Of a DNA stretch of 64,000 nucleotides, positions 24,268-37,445 are shown one piece after another. Source of the DNA: Octopus vulgaris (taxonomy: Eukaryota). How positions within the stretch are numbered: position 1 is the first letter of the stretch; each line of letters begins with the position of its first letter. A program made the position numbers and the translations under genes. The stretch spans positions 44,826,001 to 44,890,000 of the forward strand of contig OX597832.1 of the NCBI GenBank assembly GCA_951406725.2. Reading direction: 5' to 3'. Under the pieces are notes generated by a model, which worked only from the letters and a program-made list of their open reading frames with translations, had not been told where the DNA came from and searched no databases.

Positions 24268-24511
24268 CATATATACATGTGAGACAGGTACACATAGACA
24301 GCTGCCATTTCTGAATTATTGATAAACTTCCTCCATATCTGCTTTTTTATTTTCTTCCTGTTGTTATTTGAAGCATTCATTATATTTCAGTGATGTCCAA
24401 TAGAGAATAATTCAAAGAAAAATGTTTACAAATCCTCTCAAAAAACGAACTGTTTTCATTATATTTAGCACCACCACCACCACCATAATCATCATCATCA
24501 TCATCATCATC

Positions 24512-24543
<32 letters not shown>

Positions 24544-24925
24544 CAACAACAGCAACGTCAACAACACCACCACCACCACCAACAACAACAGCACCACCAA
24601 CTCCATCGTTGTCGTCGTCATCATCATCATCATCTTCATTATCACCATCATTATTATTATTAAGAGAGAAGTGCATGCTATCAAAGTGACACTAGGGTAC
24701 AAATATAAAAAGCCGAATATACCCATCATGACTACCCGTCTGATAAGGGTACACCAGGCACATGCATCACAACCATATGTGCACGACATGGTGATCTCAT
24801 ATCAAGATAAACAGCAGATGACCTTGCAGGTGGGGCCCAGTTAGAATTTTCTTCTGGTCGAGTAGCCCATCCAGCTCAAAAGGTCTCTGAATAAGGGTTG
24901 TTTAAGGATGTTGAACGAAACACCA

Positions 24926-25200
24926 GCAGATGACAGCGTGTCTCTAAAAGAAATGGAGAAACTTTCAAAATACAAAGACCTGGAAATAGAGGTAACTTAA
25001 ATGTGGAATCTAAAAACAGTAGGCACATTAGGTATGATAAAAAAAATATTCAGACAAATACATAATAAAAACACCAGGACTAATGAATATATATAACATG
25101 CAGTAACAATAAGAGCATCACAACAAACCATAGCACATACCCAAGGCACACAGAGCTGTGCTCGGTAGTGAAGTGAAAGCACGCTATAAAAATAATATTA

Positions 25201-25204
<4 letters not shown>
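24926..25204 (+). mobile_element. R4/Dong-like element 3' end, same family as 8968-9840
   Basis: ...KEMEKLSKYKDLEIEV; 3' UTR matches 8968-9110 reverse-complemented; followed by (TAA)n. Confidence 0.85.
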
Positions 25205-25270
<66 letters not shown>

Positions 25271-25666
25271 GTTTCAAGTTTTGGTACCAGACTAGCAATT
25301 TCAGGGGAGGGTTAAGTTGATTACATTGACCCCTGTGCTTAACTGGTACTTATTTTATCAACCCTGAAGTGATGAAAAGCAAAGTTTAATTAAAACTGTG
25401 ATTTTACACCATTGTTAATTCAAATTCTGCATTATTGATTTTTAATCTGACTGAAGCCTTATTTCATATTACAGGCTTTTATAGCTGTTAGATATTTTGG
25501 TCAAAATGAGACTAAGATTCCAGCATCTAAAATATACCATTATAAAAATATACAATAATTATCAATATCGAAAATAAAAGTGAGATATGAAAGCAAAGTA
25601 GTGAGAAAGCAATGTAGATGTAAATATGGAACAAGTAAGAGAGTAAGAGAGCAGAGAGAGAGAGAA

Positions 25667-25698
<32 letters not shown>

Positions 25699-26466
25699 GA
25701 AAGAAGAAAACTGGAAGAATAAACAAATACTAAAAAAGGAAGAAAGAAGAAATAATAACAAGTCTAATAACAATGGATAGAGTTAGCTTTATGGAGAAAG
25801 GCTGTGTTTATTATGGTCAGTGTGAAAGCAAATAAAATTTTTTGGTGAGAGTGAAAGCTAATAAAAATGCATAAGTAGATAGAAAAAAAACCCAGATCAG
25901 GTAAGAGGAAAAATAGATGAATTCAGGTTTACAGCATGTTAAGAAGAATTAAGGGACAGAAAGATTATGTATTTCTTAGAGAGCTGTGTGAAGCACAAGA
26001 AAGGAAGGATATAGTTATTAAAGAAGCGTGTGAAAGTAAACAAGGAAGTACAAGATTTATGATAAAATAATTGGCTATATGGTGAGTAAGAGAGATGCAG
26101 TAAAAAGGCAAGAGGTGAATGTAAAATAAGGGGAGAAATAGAAAAGGGAAAAAAGTGGACAGATAAAAGAGATGGTACGGTACAAAGGAACACATATATT
26201 TGACAGTGCAAGGAAGTGGCTGATTGTGGCTTAGACAATACAGCAGCAAGATACAATAAAATTAGATAAAATAATATAAAATTAAATGAAAATGCCAATT
26301 TTTTTTGCAGTTACTAGAAAAGCTAGTTTTCTAATGGTTCTTAGTCTCTTGTGAAATATTTTCTTAATCATGGGTAGAAAAAGAAGCATTATAAAGAAGA
26401 AAATAGAAGATGAGGAGTAAAGGAAAAGAAAAAAGAAATGGTGAAGAAGAGATACCTCCAAACATA

Positions 26467-26631
26467 GGCGCAGGAGTGGCTGTGTGGTAAGTAGCTTGCT
26501 TACCAACCACATGGTTCCAGGTTCAGTCCCACTGCATGGCACCTTGGGCAAGTATCTTCTGCTATAGCCCCGGGCCGACCAATGCCTTGTGAGTGGATTT
26601 GGTAGATGGAAACTGAAAGAAGCCCGTTGTA

Positions 26632-26682
<51 letters not shown>

Positions 26683-26918
26683 GTATGTGTATGTGTGTGT
26701 GTTTGTGTGTCTGTGTTTGTCCCCCTAGCATTGCTTGATAACCGATGCTGGTGTGTTTATGTCCCCATCGCTTAGCGGTTCGGCAAAAGAGACTGATAGA
26801 ATAAGTACTGGGCTTACAAAGAATAAGTTCCGGGGTCAAGTTGCTCGATTAAAAGGCAGTGCTCCAGCATGGCCGCAGTCAAATGACTGAAACAAGTAAA
26901 AGAGTAAAAGAGAGAGAG
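26467..26918 (+). mobile_element. SINE family A
   Basis: Full-length match to other copies. Confidence 0.92.
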
Positions 26919-26971
26919 TTTATAATATTTCAGTATGTTTAGTCTATTGGTAGAATATAGTTTCTTAGGAT

Positions 26972-27145
26972 GTGGATGCACATGGCCTAGAGGTTAGAGC
27001 AGCGGACTCGCAGTCGAGGGATTGCAGGTTTGAATCTCAGACTGGGCGATGTGTGTGTTTATGAGTGAAAAACCGAAGCTCCACGTGGCCCCAGCAGAAG
27101 GTAATGGTGAACCTGTATTTCAAAGGGACAGCCTTGTCACACTCT
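26972..27145 (+). mobile_element. SINE family D-related fragment
   Basis: tRNA-like head GGTTAGAGCAGCGGACTCGC. Confidence 0.7.
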
Positions 27146-27199
27146 TCGATATTTTGTCTCTTGTCTGAATTTGGCTAAAATTGAATACTCTCTGTTTAT

Positions 27200-27602
27200 T
27201 CTTTTACTTGTTTCAGTCATTTGACTGTGGCCATGCTGGAGCACCGCCTTTAATCGAGCAACTCGACCCCAGGACTTATTCTTTTGTAAGCCCAGTACTT
27301 ATTCTATCGGTCTCTTTTGCCGAACCGCTAAGTGACGGGGACATAAACACACCAGCATCGGTTGTCAAGCAATGTTGGGGGGACAAACACAGACATACAA
27401 ACATACATGCACACATATATATATATAAATACATATATACGACAGGCTTCTTTCAGTTTCCGTCTACCAAATCCACTCACAAGGCATTGGTTGGCCCGAG
27501 GCTATAGAGGAAGACACTTGCCCAAGGTGCCATGCAGTGGGACTGAACCCGGAACCATGTGGTTGGTAAACAAGCTACTTACCACACAGCCACTCCTGCG
27601 CC
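27200..27602 (-). mobile_element. SINE family A
   Basis: Full-length match to other copies. Confidence 0.92.
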
Positions 27603-27792
27603 TACTTCACTTTAACTAGCAATGTTATCGAAATATTAGATTCACTTTTTTCTGTGTGTGTATGTGTGTGTTTATGCTTGTACCCTACAACACTGTGATG
27701 ACTGGTGTTGGTTTGTTTGTGTCCCTGTAATTTAGTGGTTTAGTGGTTTAGCAAAAGAGAGTGCTAGAATAAGTATCAAGCTTTAAAATATG

Positions 27793-27940
27793 CGTTAGGA
27801 AGGGTATCCAGCCGTAGAAACATTGCCAGATCAGACTGGGCCTGGTGCAGCCTTCTGGCTTCCCAGACCCCAGTTGAACCGTCCAACCCATGCTAGCATG
27901 GAAAGCGGATGCTAAACGATGATGATGATGATGATGATGA
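27793..27940 (+). mobile_element. Family C 3' fragment nested in an old family A tail
   Basis: (GAT)n tail; family A-like sequence on both sides. Confidence 0.8.
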
Positions 27941-28252
27941 CTGGGGTCAATTTGTTTGGTTAAACCCTTGAAGCTGGTGCCCCAGCATGGGCACAGTCAA
28001 ATGACTGAAACATGCAACAGATAAAAAAAAAAAAAAGAAAAGACAAAAAATATGCAAACCGGGTCTTAAATACTTATTTATGAGGTTTGAACACCAAACA
28101 CCTATGTAAAAGGGGCTCTAAAAATTCTGCTTATTGCTCAGAAAATGTGAAAAATAAACAAATAGAAATGGTAAAAAAAAAATGTGCTATAAAGGAACAT
28201 AAGAATCTTTAGAAGTATTTGAAGCAGAGAAACATGATGCATAGCAGAAAAT

Positions 28253-28420
28253 CAAAGAACTGTCAGGTAAACCTTCCGTATGTGAAGTTCAAAAGAACAC
28301 TGTTCCTTGGAAGTATACACATTCTGTGAAAAACACCATTTATATGTATAAAGTAGCTTATAACCATGTATCTGCTCTTCCTCTGATAACCTAGGAAATC
28401 TGTTATTCTCTGCCCTAATA
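28253..28420 (+). pseudogene. Decayed R4/Dong-like ORF C-terminus and 3' UTR
   Basis: KELSGKPSVCEVQK/LFLGSIHIL (frameshifted) parallels IPGNPKMAEIQKIVLMGTAHIL at 29690-29750; TAA tail follows. Confidence 0.55.
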
Positions 28421-28423
28421 ATA

Positions 28424-28495
<72 letters not shown>

Positions 28496-28721
28496 GTAGT
28501 GGTGGTGGTGGTGATGGTGGTGGTGGTGGTGGTGGTGGTGGTGGTGGTGGTGGTGGTGATGATGACGGTGATTATGATGATGATGATAGTCATGATGGTG
28601 ATGATGGTGATGATGGTGATGATGATGATGATGATGCTGATGATGATAATGATGATGATGATGATGGTGATGGTGATGATGATGATGTTGATGATGATGG
28701 TGATGGTGATGATGATGATGG

Positions 28722-28752
<31 letters not shown>

Positions 28753-28803
28753 GGTTCTGATGGTGGTGGTGGTGGTGGTGGTGGTGATGATGATGATGAT
28801 GAT
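28417..28803. repeat. (GAT/GGT)n compound microsatellite
   Basis: Seen directly in the sequence. Confidence 0.95.
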
Positions 28804-29028
28804 TTTAAATTTTGGCACTAGGCCAGCAGTTTCTGAGGGGAGGAGTAAGTTCATTATATCGACCCCAGTACATGACTGGTACATATTTTATCGACCCCCA
28901 CCCCACCCCCCGCCAAGAAGAATGAACAGCAAAGTTGACCTCGGTGTAATTTAAATTTCACAATGCACAGATAATAATATAGTGATGATGACAATGATTA
29001 TTGTTGTTGTTGTTGTCGTTGTTGTTGC

Positions 29029-29059
<31 letters not shown>

Positions 29060-29231
29060 CTTGCTACAGCTGTGAGATTGGTACTTGAGTGTTAAGTATT
29101 GTGGAAAGAGACCCTGTGAGAGACACTTCGACAACAGGCTACTGCCCAGTATTACAGAATTAACCAAAACAAGTAAAATCGAGAGCGCTCAGAAGTAAAA
29201 TGGAAATAACAACAACAACAACAGCAGCAGC

Positions 29232-29285
<54 letters not shown>

Positions 29286-29317
29286 AATAATAACAACAAT
29301 ATACTGCACAGTATATT

Positions 29318-29876
29318 CACTGGGTAATTTGCAAAAGCATGGACTTGCCCCATGATAAAAACTGGTGGGAACACAAACCACCTCCAGTGCTTGAAAATGA
29401 TCACATCTCATTCCTCTGGAACTTCACCATTCAAACTGACAGAAAGATAGATGCAAATAGGCCAGACATCATATTGAAAGACCTCAGACAAAGAACATGC
29501 CTCCTCATTGATATGACTGTCCCAATCGATATAAACATATCTGTCAAGACCTACCAAAAACTGAACAAGTATGAGGATCTTGAAATAGAAATTAGCAAAA
29601 GGTGGAACCTAAAGACTAAAACAATACCTGTTGTCATAGGTGCCCTGGGAATGATAGCAAAAGGGGCTGATTGCTACCTAACTCAGATACCAGGAAACCC
29701 CAAAATGGCAGAAATTCAAAAGATAGTGCTCATGGGAACTGCTCATATCCTATGCAAAATACTTTCTATGTAATCTCAAGTTTTAAACAAACAATTTTCT
29801 TATGGTTTTTTTAAACATTCTCTAGAACAACACTATGTACAAAACCAAATATATGGCACCCAAGTCTCACCCAGAG
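29318..29876 (+). mobile_element. R4/Dong-like non-LTR retrotransposon RLE domain and 3' UTR (second subfamily)
   Basis: ORF 29339-29773: WWEHKP...LWNFTIQTDRKIDANRPDII...LIDMTVP...KLNKYEDL...PVVIGALG. Confidence 0.88.
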
Positions 29877-29880
29877 ACCT

Positions 29881-30844
29881 TGTAGCGGTCTCTGATATCC
29901 TCACTGTTTGAGAGACACGGCAGGAATGATCTCATTTGAGATTACAGCCATCTTTGGCCAAGTTGTTCCTGTTGTAACCACTAACCTGATTGGTTGACAT
30001 GTGGAGCGAAATATCTCTACTTATTTCCCGCCACTGGCCAAAGCCAACCAATCACGGCCTTTGGTTAAGGTCCCATTTCCTAGGCTCTGTTGAGCCACCT
30101 TACTTGTATATAAGGGAGTGTTCTCAGTATACTTGGGTCTTTGGTTCTAGTCCTTATAAGGACTAAACCTCTGACCACAGAGCTACTCAACATGTTCCAG
30201 TCACAGCGACAGACGATCACCCACGACGACGCTAATGTACACTCACCACAGAAAGCCTTCTATCTCTGCCGCCGTCGTCACCATCATCCACTTCAGACAT
30301 GTACACACCAACTTCACAGAACCATGCTGTTAGAGTGAATCCCTTCACCAAGTAGAAACAGTCCATCTGAAGAATTCTATATTAAGAGAACCCGCTCACC
30401 GATTGAGACCACGACCGCGGCTCAACAATAATTCGCCCAACCGGCCTCCGGCCGAGACACAACATCTTGATATTGAACTCTTACATATCGTGTACCTTAT
30501 GAACTGTAAACCAATTTCCATCATTAACTCTATGCTCTGTATTTTCTGTGTCACACGCATTCACCCTTATTGTATCTGTCACACACACGAACACACAGAC
30601 ACAAACACTTGTTGCATGCACACATACACAACACTTGCTAGCACTCACAACCCTCTAACCTTAACACCTTGTAAATAAAATCTTATCTTCTCTCAAACAG
30701 TGGAACGGCTTGTCGTCAATTCATCTATATTCTGTTGGCACTGCATTCTATAAATTGTATTTATGGCTTATCTTATTTCGTTAAAGATGCGACCGTGTGA
30801 CTTACCTACGTCACCAACCTCCACATATGGTCGTATTACCTACA
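29881..30844 (+). mobile_element. Solo LTR (964 bp), Ty3/gypsy-like
   Basis: TGTAG...CTACA termini; 4-bp TSD ACCT (29877-29880, 30845-30848); CCAAT at ~30048, TATATAA at 30107, AATAAA at 30674. Confidence 0.88.
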
Positions 30845-31194
30845 ACCTCAAGAGACAACAAGTTGGAAGTTCATGTTGGACTGAAACAAGTAAAAGATAT
30901 CTTTAGAAATTAACTGGAAGAAAAGCGACTTATTTCAGCAGAAACGTGGTAATAAAAGTGTTAAATAAAAGGTGATGCTGATTGTGAAAACCTTGGAAAC
31001 CGATCTATGCAGTCATTTGGCCTGCTAGGAATAGCAGCCAAACATCCCTCAAATTACACCCCACTGTCTTAGAAACAGGAGACACAGTGACTAATGTGAG
31101 GTAATTGTTCAGTTTGGGGTTATTAAAAAGTAAATAAAAATTAAGGGGGAGATAACTGGTAAAGGGATGTAAATAAGTCGACTAATCCTCCTTC

Positions 31195-31376
31195 TCATCA
31201 TCATCGTTTAACATCCGTTTTCCATGCTAGCATGGGTTGGACGGTTTGACCAGGATCTGGGAAGCCAGAAGGCTGCACCAGGCTCCAGTCTGATCTTGCA
31301 GTGTTTCTACAGCTGGATGCCCCTCCTAACGCCAACCACTCCAAGAGTGTAGTGGGTGCTTTTTACGTGCCACCGT
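31195..31376 (-). mobile_element. Family C fragment
   Basis: (CAT)n plus family C body. Confidence 0.88.
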
Positions 31377-31564
31377 TAACGTAAATACAGTAGTAAGGTA
31401 ACATGGCGAATTACAATTTTTGCACATGTATAAATTCATAATTAGTCAACGCCATGCCAACCACTGAAGAATCTTGTTTCGTGATTCAGCTAATTAGGTG
31501 ATATGCCAAGACTCCTCCAGGATTGATTCACAGTTGAGGATTTCAATTTTAGGAACAAGGAAAA

Positions 31565-31947
31565 GGCAAGTAAAAAGCACCATCTGAACGTGGCCGATGC
31601 CAGCGCCGCCTAGACTGGCTTCCGTGCCGGTGGCAAGTAAAAAGCACCATCCGAATCGTGGCCGATGCCAGCGCCACCTTGACTGGCTTCCATGCCGGTG
31701 GCACGTAAAAAGCACCAACCGATCGTGGATGTTGCCAGCCTCGCCTGGCACCTGTGCAGGTGGCACGTAAAAAGCACCCACTACACTCACGGAGTGGTTG
31801 GTGTTAGGAAGGGCATCCAGCTGTAGAAACATTGCCAGATAAGACTGGAACCTGGTGCAGCCTCCTGGCTTCCCAGATCCCCGGTCGAACTGTCCAACCC
31901 ATGCTAGCATGGAAAACGGACGTTAAACGATGATGATGATGATGATG
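31565..31947 (+). mobile_element. Family C copy with ~60-bp internal repeats
   Basis: AAAAGCACC anchor repeated; (GAT)n tail. Confidence 0.88.
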
Positions 31948-33200
31948 AAGGAATTAGTCTGGCTGGTCTTTCAGGTGCCATTCTGATCAATTCCAAAGTA
32001 AATAATGTCCAGTATTTATGTTGTTTAACAGTAAGTTGACTTATTTATGTCCCTTTACTAGTTATCTCCCCCTTAATTTTTGTTTACTTTTTTAATATCC
32101 CTAAACTGAACAATCACCAATGTGGTTCTGAATACAAGCTGGATGGTCACAATTAGAATGCTTTTGAAAAAAAAAGGTCCTCTTAATCAGAGTTGGTGTA
32201 AGGCTTAAAGAAGGTGTGGCTGTTGGTAGTCTTGTTATTGTTGTTGTCGCAGAGGAAATAACAAAACAAAGGGAGATAACACAAGGTGAAGGTGGTAAGA
32301 GGTTTCTTAAGATGATGATGATGATGGTGGAGACAAGGTAAAAGCATAGGGGAGATATAGAAGGTGAAGGTGAAGGAAAGAAGGGAAGAAGAAAGGAAAG
32401 AAAGGAGAAGGAGGAAGTGGAGGAGGAGGAAAAGAGAAGTAAAAGAAAGAGGAGGGGGAGGAAGAGGAGAAGGCTAAAAACAAGAAGGAGGAAGAGGGGA
32501 AGAAGAAGAAGAGGTAGCGGAGAAGAAAGAGGAGAGGAAGGAGAAGATGAAAGAGTAAGAGAAGACAAAGGAGGTGGAAGAGGAGAGATGGAGGAGGAGG
32601 AGGAGGAATAGGAAGAGGAGAAGAAGAAGGCTAAAAACAAGAAGGAGGACGAGGGGAAAAGCAGAAGAAGAAGAAGAAGAAGAAGAAGAAGAAGAAAACA
32701 TATTGCTCATGATGATGATGATGATGATGATGATCATCATCATCATCATCATCATCATCATGACAATGTCAATGACTGACGACCAAGGAGATGTTTCTCC
32801 TCTGAACTGTGGTTGTGAATAATATTTCATGAGTGACTGCTTACCATGAACACTGACCAGTCAAGCGTGACAAGACAATTACACCTATAGTTTCAGCCTG
32901 GAATGGTTGCCTGGTTGGTTGGTTGATTGGTTGGCTGCCTGGTTGGTTGGCTGGTTGGTTGACAAAGCTAGGTTACTAGGGTAACCTGTTCTATTTAGAC
33001 GACACCCACAAATGAATGATCATGCAAAATAGTAAAAAAAAAAAAACAAAAAAAAAAAAAAAAGAAAACAAAAACCCCATGGTTTATGCAACACGTTTTT
33101 TTAACAATATAACAAAGGTACACTGACGGTATTTTTGAACATACTGACATTAATTCATACGCATGCACACACACGCGCAAACAAAAATACACACACTATG

Positions 33201-33231
<31 letters not shown>

Positions 33232-33234
33232 ATG

Positions 33235-33273
<39 letters not shown>

Positions 33274-33395
33274 TTTTTACAGGATTAAATAAAAAGACAA
33301 GGAGAAAATATGACATACCTGTGTATATATATGTACATATATATGTATGTGTATATATATATATATGTATATATATATATACATATATATATGTA

Positions 33396-33467
<72 letters not shown>

Positions 33468-33472
<5 letters not shown>

Positions 33473-33650
33473 CACCCACTACACTCACGGAGTGGTTGGC
33501 GTTAGGAAGGGCATCCAGCCATAGAAACACTGCCAGATTTGACTGGGTCTGATGAAGCCTTCTGGCTTCACAAACCCCAGTAGAACCGTCCAACCCATGC
33601 TACCATGGAAAACGGACGCTAAACGATGATGATGATGATGATGATGATGA
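33468..33650 (+). mobile_element. Family C fragment
   Basis: (GAT)n tail and family C body. Confidence 0.88.
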
Positions 33651-34307
33651 TATATATAAAAAAAACTTGGAGAAAAGAAATAGAGAAATAACATGTGCGT
33701 TCGGTCATATAGTAATATAATAAATAAATAAAATATATGCATATATACATACATACATATATGTACATACTTACATCTACATGTACATATACATGCATAC
33801 ATATGTATATATATGAGTACACTTTGAGTCGAACCAGGGACAGCTGATGAAGGGGAATTTTCCTTGTATTGTTTGTCCTGTACTCTGTGTTTTCGTTGTT
33901 CAAAAAAAAGTCCGTTTCCTTGTTTGATTTTATGTTCTCATCTCTCGTTGTGTTCGACGTTTATTTGTGGTGTCCTGTATTCATATATATATATGTATGC
34001 ATGTATATATACATGTAGATGTAAGTATGTACATATATGTATGTATATATGCAAATATATTTAATTATTATATATATATATATATATATATATAAATTAA
34101 AGTAACATGTAGTAAATAAACAAAGGAACATACGCATATACTAAATACACAGGCAGACGGAAAACATAGGTCACCAATTCTTCATAAGTTATCGGCCAGA
34201 GGGTCAAGTGCGATTTAAGCCATTATTGATAATATTGCTTCCACTCTGGAGGCACTGGCAAGAGACTTGCCGGGAATGGGACCAAAACATAGCAAAATGA
34301 GACGGGC

Positions 34308-34730
34308 TTACTCTTTTACTCTTTTACTTGTTTCAGTCATTTGACTGTGGCCATGCTGGAGCACTGCCTTTGGTTGAGCACATCGACTCCAGGACTTATT
34401 CTTTGTAAGCCTAGTACTTATTCTATCAGTCTCTTTTGCTAAACCACTAAATTACGGGGACGTAAACACACCAGCATCGGTTGTCAAGCGATGTTGGAGG
34501 GACAAACACAGACACACAAACATATACACACACATACATATATATATATATATACACACATATATACGATGGGCTTCTTTCAGTTTCCATCTACCAAATC
34601 CACTCACAAGTGTTTGGTCGGCCCGAGGCTATAGTAGAAGGCACTTGCTCAAGGTGCCACATAGTTGGACTGAACCTGGAACCATGTAGTTCATAAGTAA
34701 GCTACTTACCACACAGCCACTCCTATGCCT
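34308..34730 (-). mobile_element. SINE family A
   Basis: Full-length match to other copies. Confidence 0.9.
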
Positions 34731-35150
34731 ATAAACCAAATCACTGTGGGCTTGTTAGAGGACAAAACTATGAAGAGAATAAAGACTTAGGGCCACACGA
34801 AGACAGGAATTAAATTGATAATAATACAAATATATCAATAACAGTCTTAGGGCCGCAAGACAAGACAAAAATGGGTAATGTGAAGGAGAAATGAAAAAAG
34901 TTGTCCTAAAGGGCAATAGACATGGGAGGGGTAGAGCAAGGAGCTCAGAAAATCGTGACCAGTCTGGTTGAAATCAACACGAAAATAAATGACTCCACCT
35001 TAGGCTGTCACGGATCACACGTCATAGTGAGAAGAGGGTAACAAAGAAAGACAGACAGCAAGAGAGTGAGAAAGGAAATTAGAGAAGCAAAGTAAAGGAA
35101 TGAGACAGAATGGCACAAAAATATTCCAAGAATATTTCTACTAATGAGTA

Positions 35151-35230
35151 AAAAATTAATGAGTGCGTGCGTTACATAAATAATATTTTCAGGATTAAAT
35201 AAAAAGACAGCAAATGGAAATATAATATAC

Positions 35231-35266
<36 letters not shown>

Positions 35267-35348
35267 GTATGTCATATTTTCCCCTTGTTGACTTTTTATC
35301 TAGTTCTGAAAATATTATTTATGTAATGCAAGCACTCATTAATTTTTT
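35151..35348. repeat. Diverged inverted repeat centred on (TA)n
   Basis: Arms ~35151-35240 / 35263-35348; third partial copy at 33262-33325. Confidence 0.85.
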
Positions 35349-35349
35349 G

Positions 35350-35472
<123 letters not shown>

Positions 35473-35530
35473 TTAATAAGGGTGAGAGAATTAGATACTA
35501 ATTTAGAGCCATATAGTGACCACTCTCTTA

Positions 35531-35573
<43 letters not shown>

Positions 35574-35576
<3 letters not shown>

Positions 35577-35660
35577 TGACGGGGACGTAAACACACCAGC
35601 ATCGGTTGTCAAGCAATGCTAGGGGGACAAACACACACACACAAACACACACACATACAA

Positions 35661-35712
<52 letters not shown>

Positions 35713-35808
35713 GACAGGCTTCTTTCAGTTTCCGTCTACCAAATCCACTCACAAGGCATTGGTCGGCCCGGGGCTATATAGCAGAAGACACTTGCTCAAG
35801 ATGCCACA
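35574..35808 (-). mobile_element. SINE family A internal fragment
   Basis: Matches the family A body. Confidence 0.85.
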
Positions 35809-36009
35809 TATATATATATATGTCCCTTGGTTGACTGAACTCTTCACTGTTGTACATCTCCAGTATAGGTTAATAACTTTAAGAGCATAATGTTATGCTT
35901 CTTTTCACATTACATAGCAACTAACATATGGTGATATATTGGTTTCCCTGACATTTATTAGAGCCTCGTACTGTCCCAATGAATGACAGTCTATTTACCA
36001 TCTACGTAC

Positions 36010-36013
36010 ATAC

Positions 36014-36048
<35 letters not shown>

Positions 36049-36206
36049 TGTATGTATGTATGTATGTATGTATGTACGTATGTATGTATGTACGCATATG
36101 TGTGTGTATGTATGTATGCATGTATGTATGTATGTATGTAGTTATGTATGTATGTATGTATGTATGTATGTATGTATGTATGTATGTATGTATGTATGTA
36201 TGTATG

Positions 36207-36237
<31 letters not shown>

Positions 36238-36980
36238 ATGTGTGTGTATGTATGTATGTATGCATGTATGTAAGTATGTATGTATGCATGTATGTATGTA
36301 CGTACGTATGTATGTATGTATGTATGTATTTATGTATGTATGAATGTATGTATGTATGTATGTATGTACGTACGTATGTATGTATGTATGTGAGTATGTA
36401 TGTATGTATGTATGTATGTGTGTATGTATATATGTATGTATGTATGTATGTATGCATGTATATATGTATGTACGTATGTATGTATGTATATGTGTGTGTA
36501 TGTATGTATGTATGTATGTATGTATGTATGTATGTATGTATGTATGTATGTATGTATGTATGTATGTATGTATGTATGTATGTATGTATGTATGTATGTA
36601 TGTATGTATGTATGTATGTATGTACGTACGTATGTATGTATGTATGTATGTATGTATGTATGTATGTATGTGTGTATGTATGTATGTATGTATGTATGTA
36701 TGTATGTATGTATGTATGTATGTATGTATGTATGTACGTATGTATGTATGTATGTATATGTGTGTGTATGTATGTATGTATGCATGTATGTAAGTATGTA
36801 TGTATGCATGTATGCATCTATGTATGCATGCATGTATGTATGTATGTATGTATGTACGTATGTATGTACGTATGTATGTATGTATGTATGAATGTATGCA
36901 TGTATGTATGTATATATATGTGTGTGTATGTATGTATGTATGTATGTATGTATGTGTGAATGTATGTGTATGTGTGTGTG
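36010..36980. repeat. ~1-kb (TATG)n microsatellite
   Basis: Seen directly in the sequence. Confidence 0.98.
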
Positions 36981-37405
36981 AGTGCAAACGTGTGTAAATT
37001 TCAGCAAAATGGTGAAAGATGTTTATGCTCCTTGTTGACTTTATCATGCACACATGCATGCATGCATGCACAAACATGCACACACACACTCGCATATATG
37101 CATGTGAGTGTGTATATACATGTATATAAATATACATATAAAGACATATGTACACACACACACACACACACTCACGCATACATATACACCCTCACACACA
37201 CACACCACCAGGAGAATTATAACAACACATAGATACTCAGACAGAGACAAACACACACTTACGTGCACACACATAACATCCCCACCAATGCAAAACACAC
37301 AAACATATACATGAACACATGCACACGCCGATTCACACATACACACACGCGAACAAACACATCCACACACATGCACACACACAACACCCTGACAAATTCT
37401 AATCA

Positions 37406-37445
<40 letters not shown>

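Larger units (their letters stand above)
31100..32118. mobile_element. Non-autonomous DNA transposon (MITE) with ~85-bp TIRs, containing two family C insertions
   Basis: TIRs 31100-31183 and 32034-32118 start GGT(A/G)ATTGTTCAG; flanks AATGTGA/AATGTGG. Confidence 0.8.
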
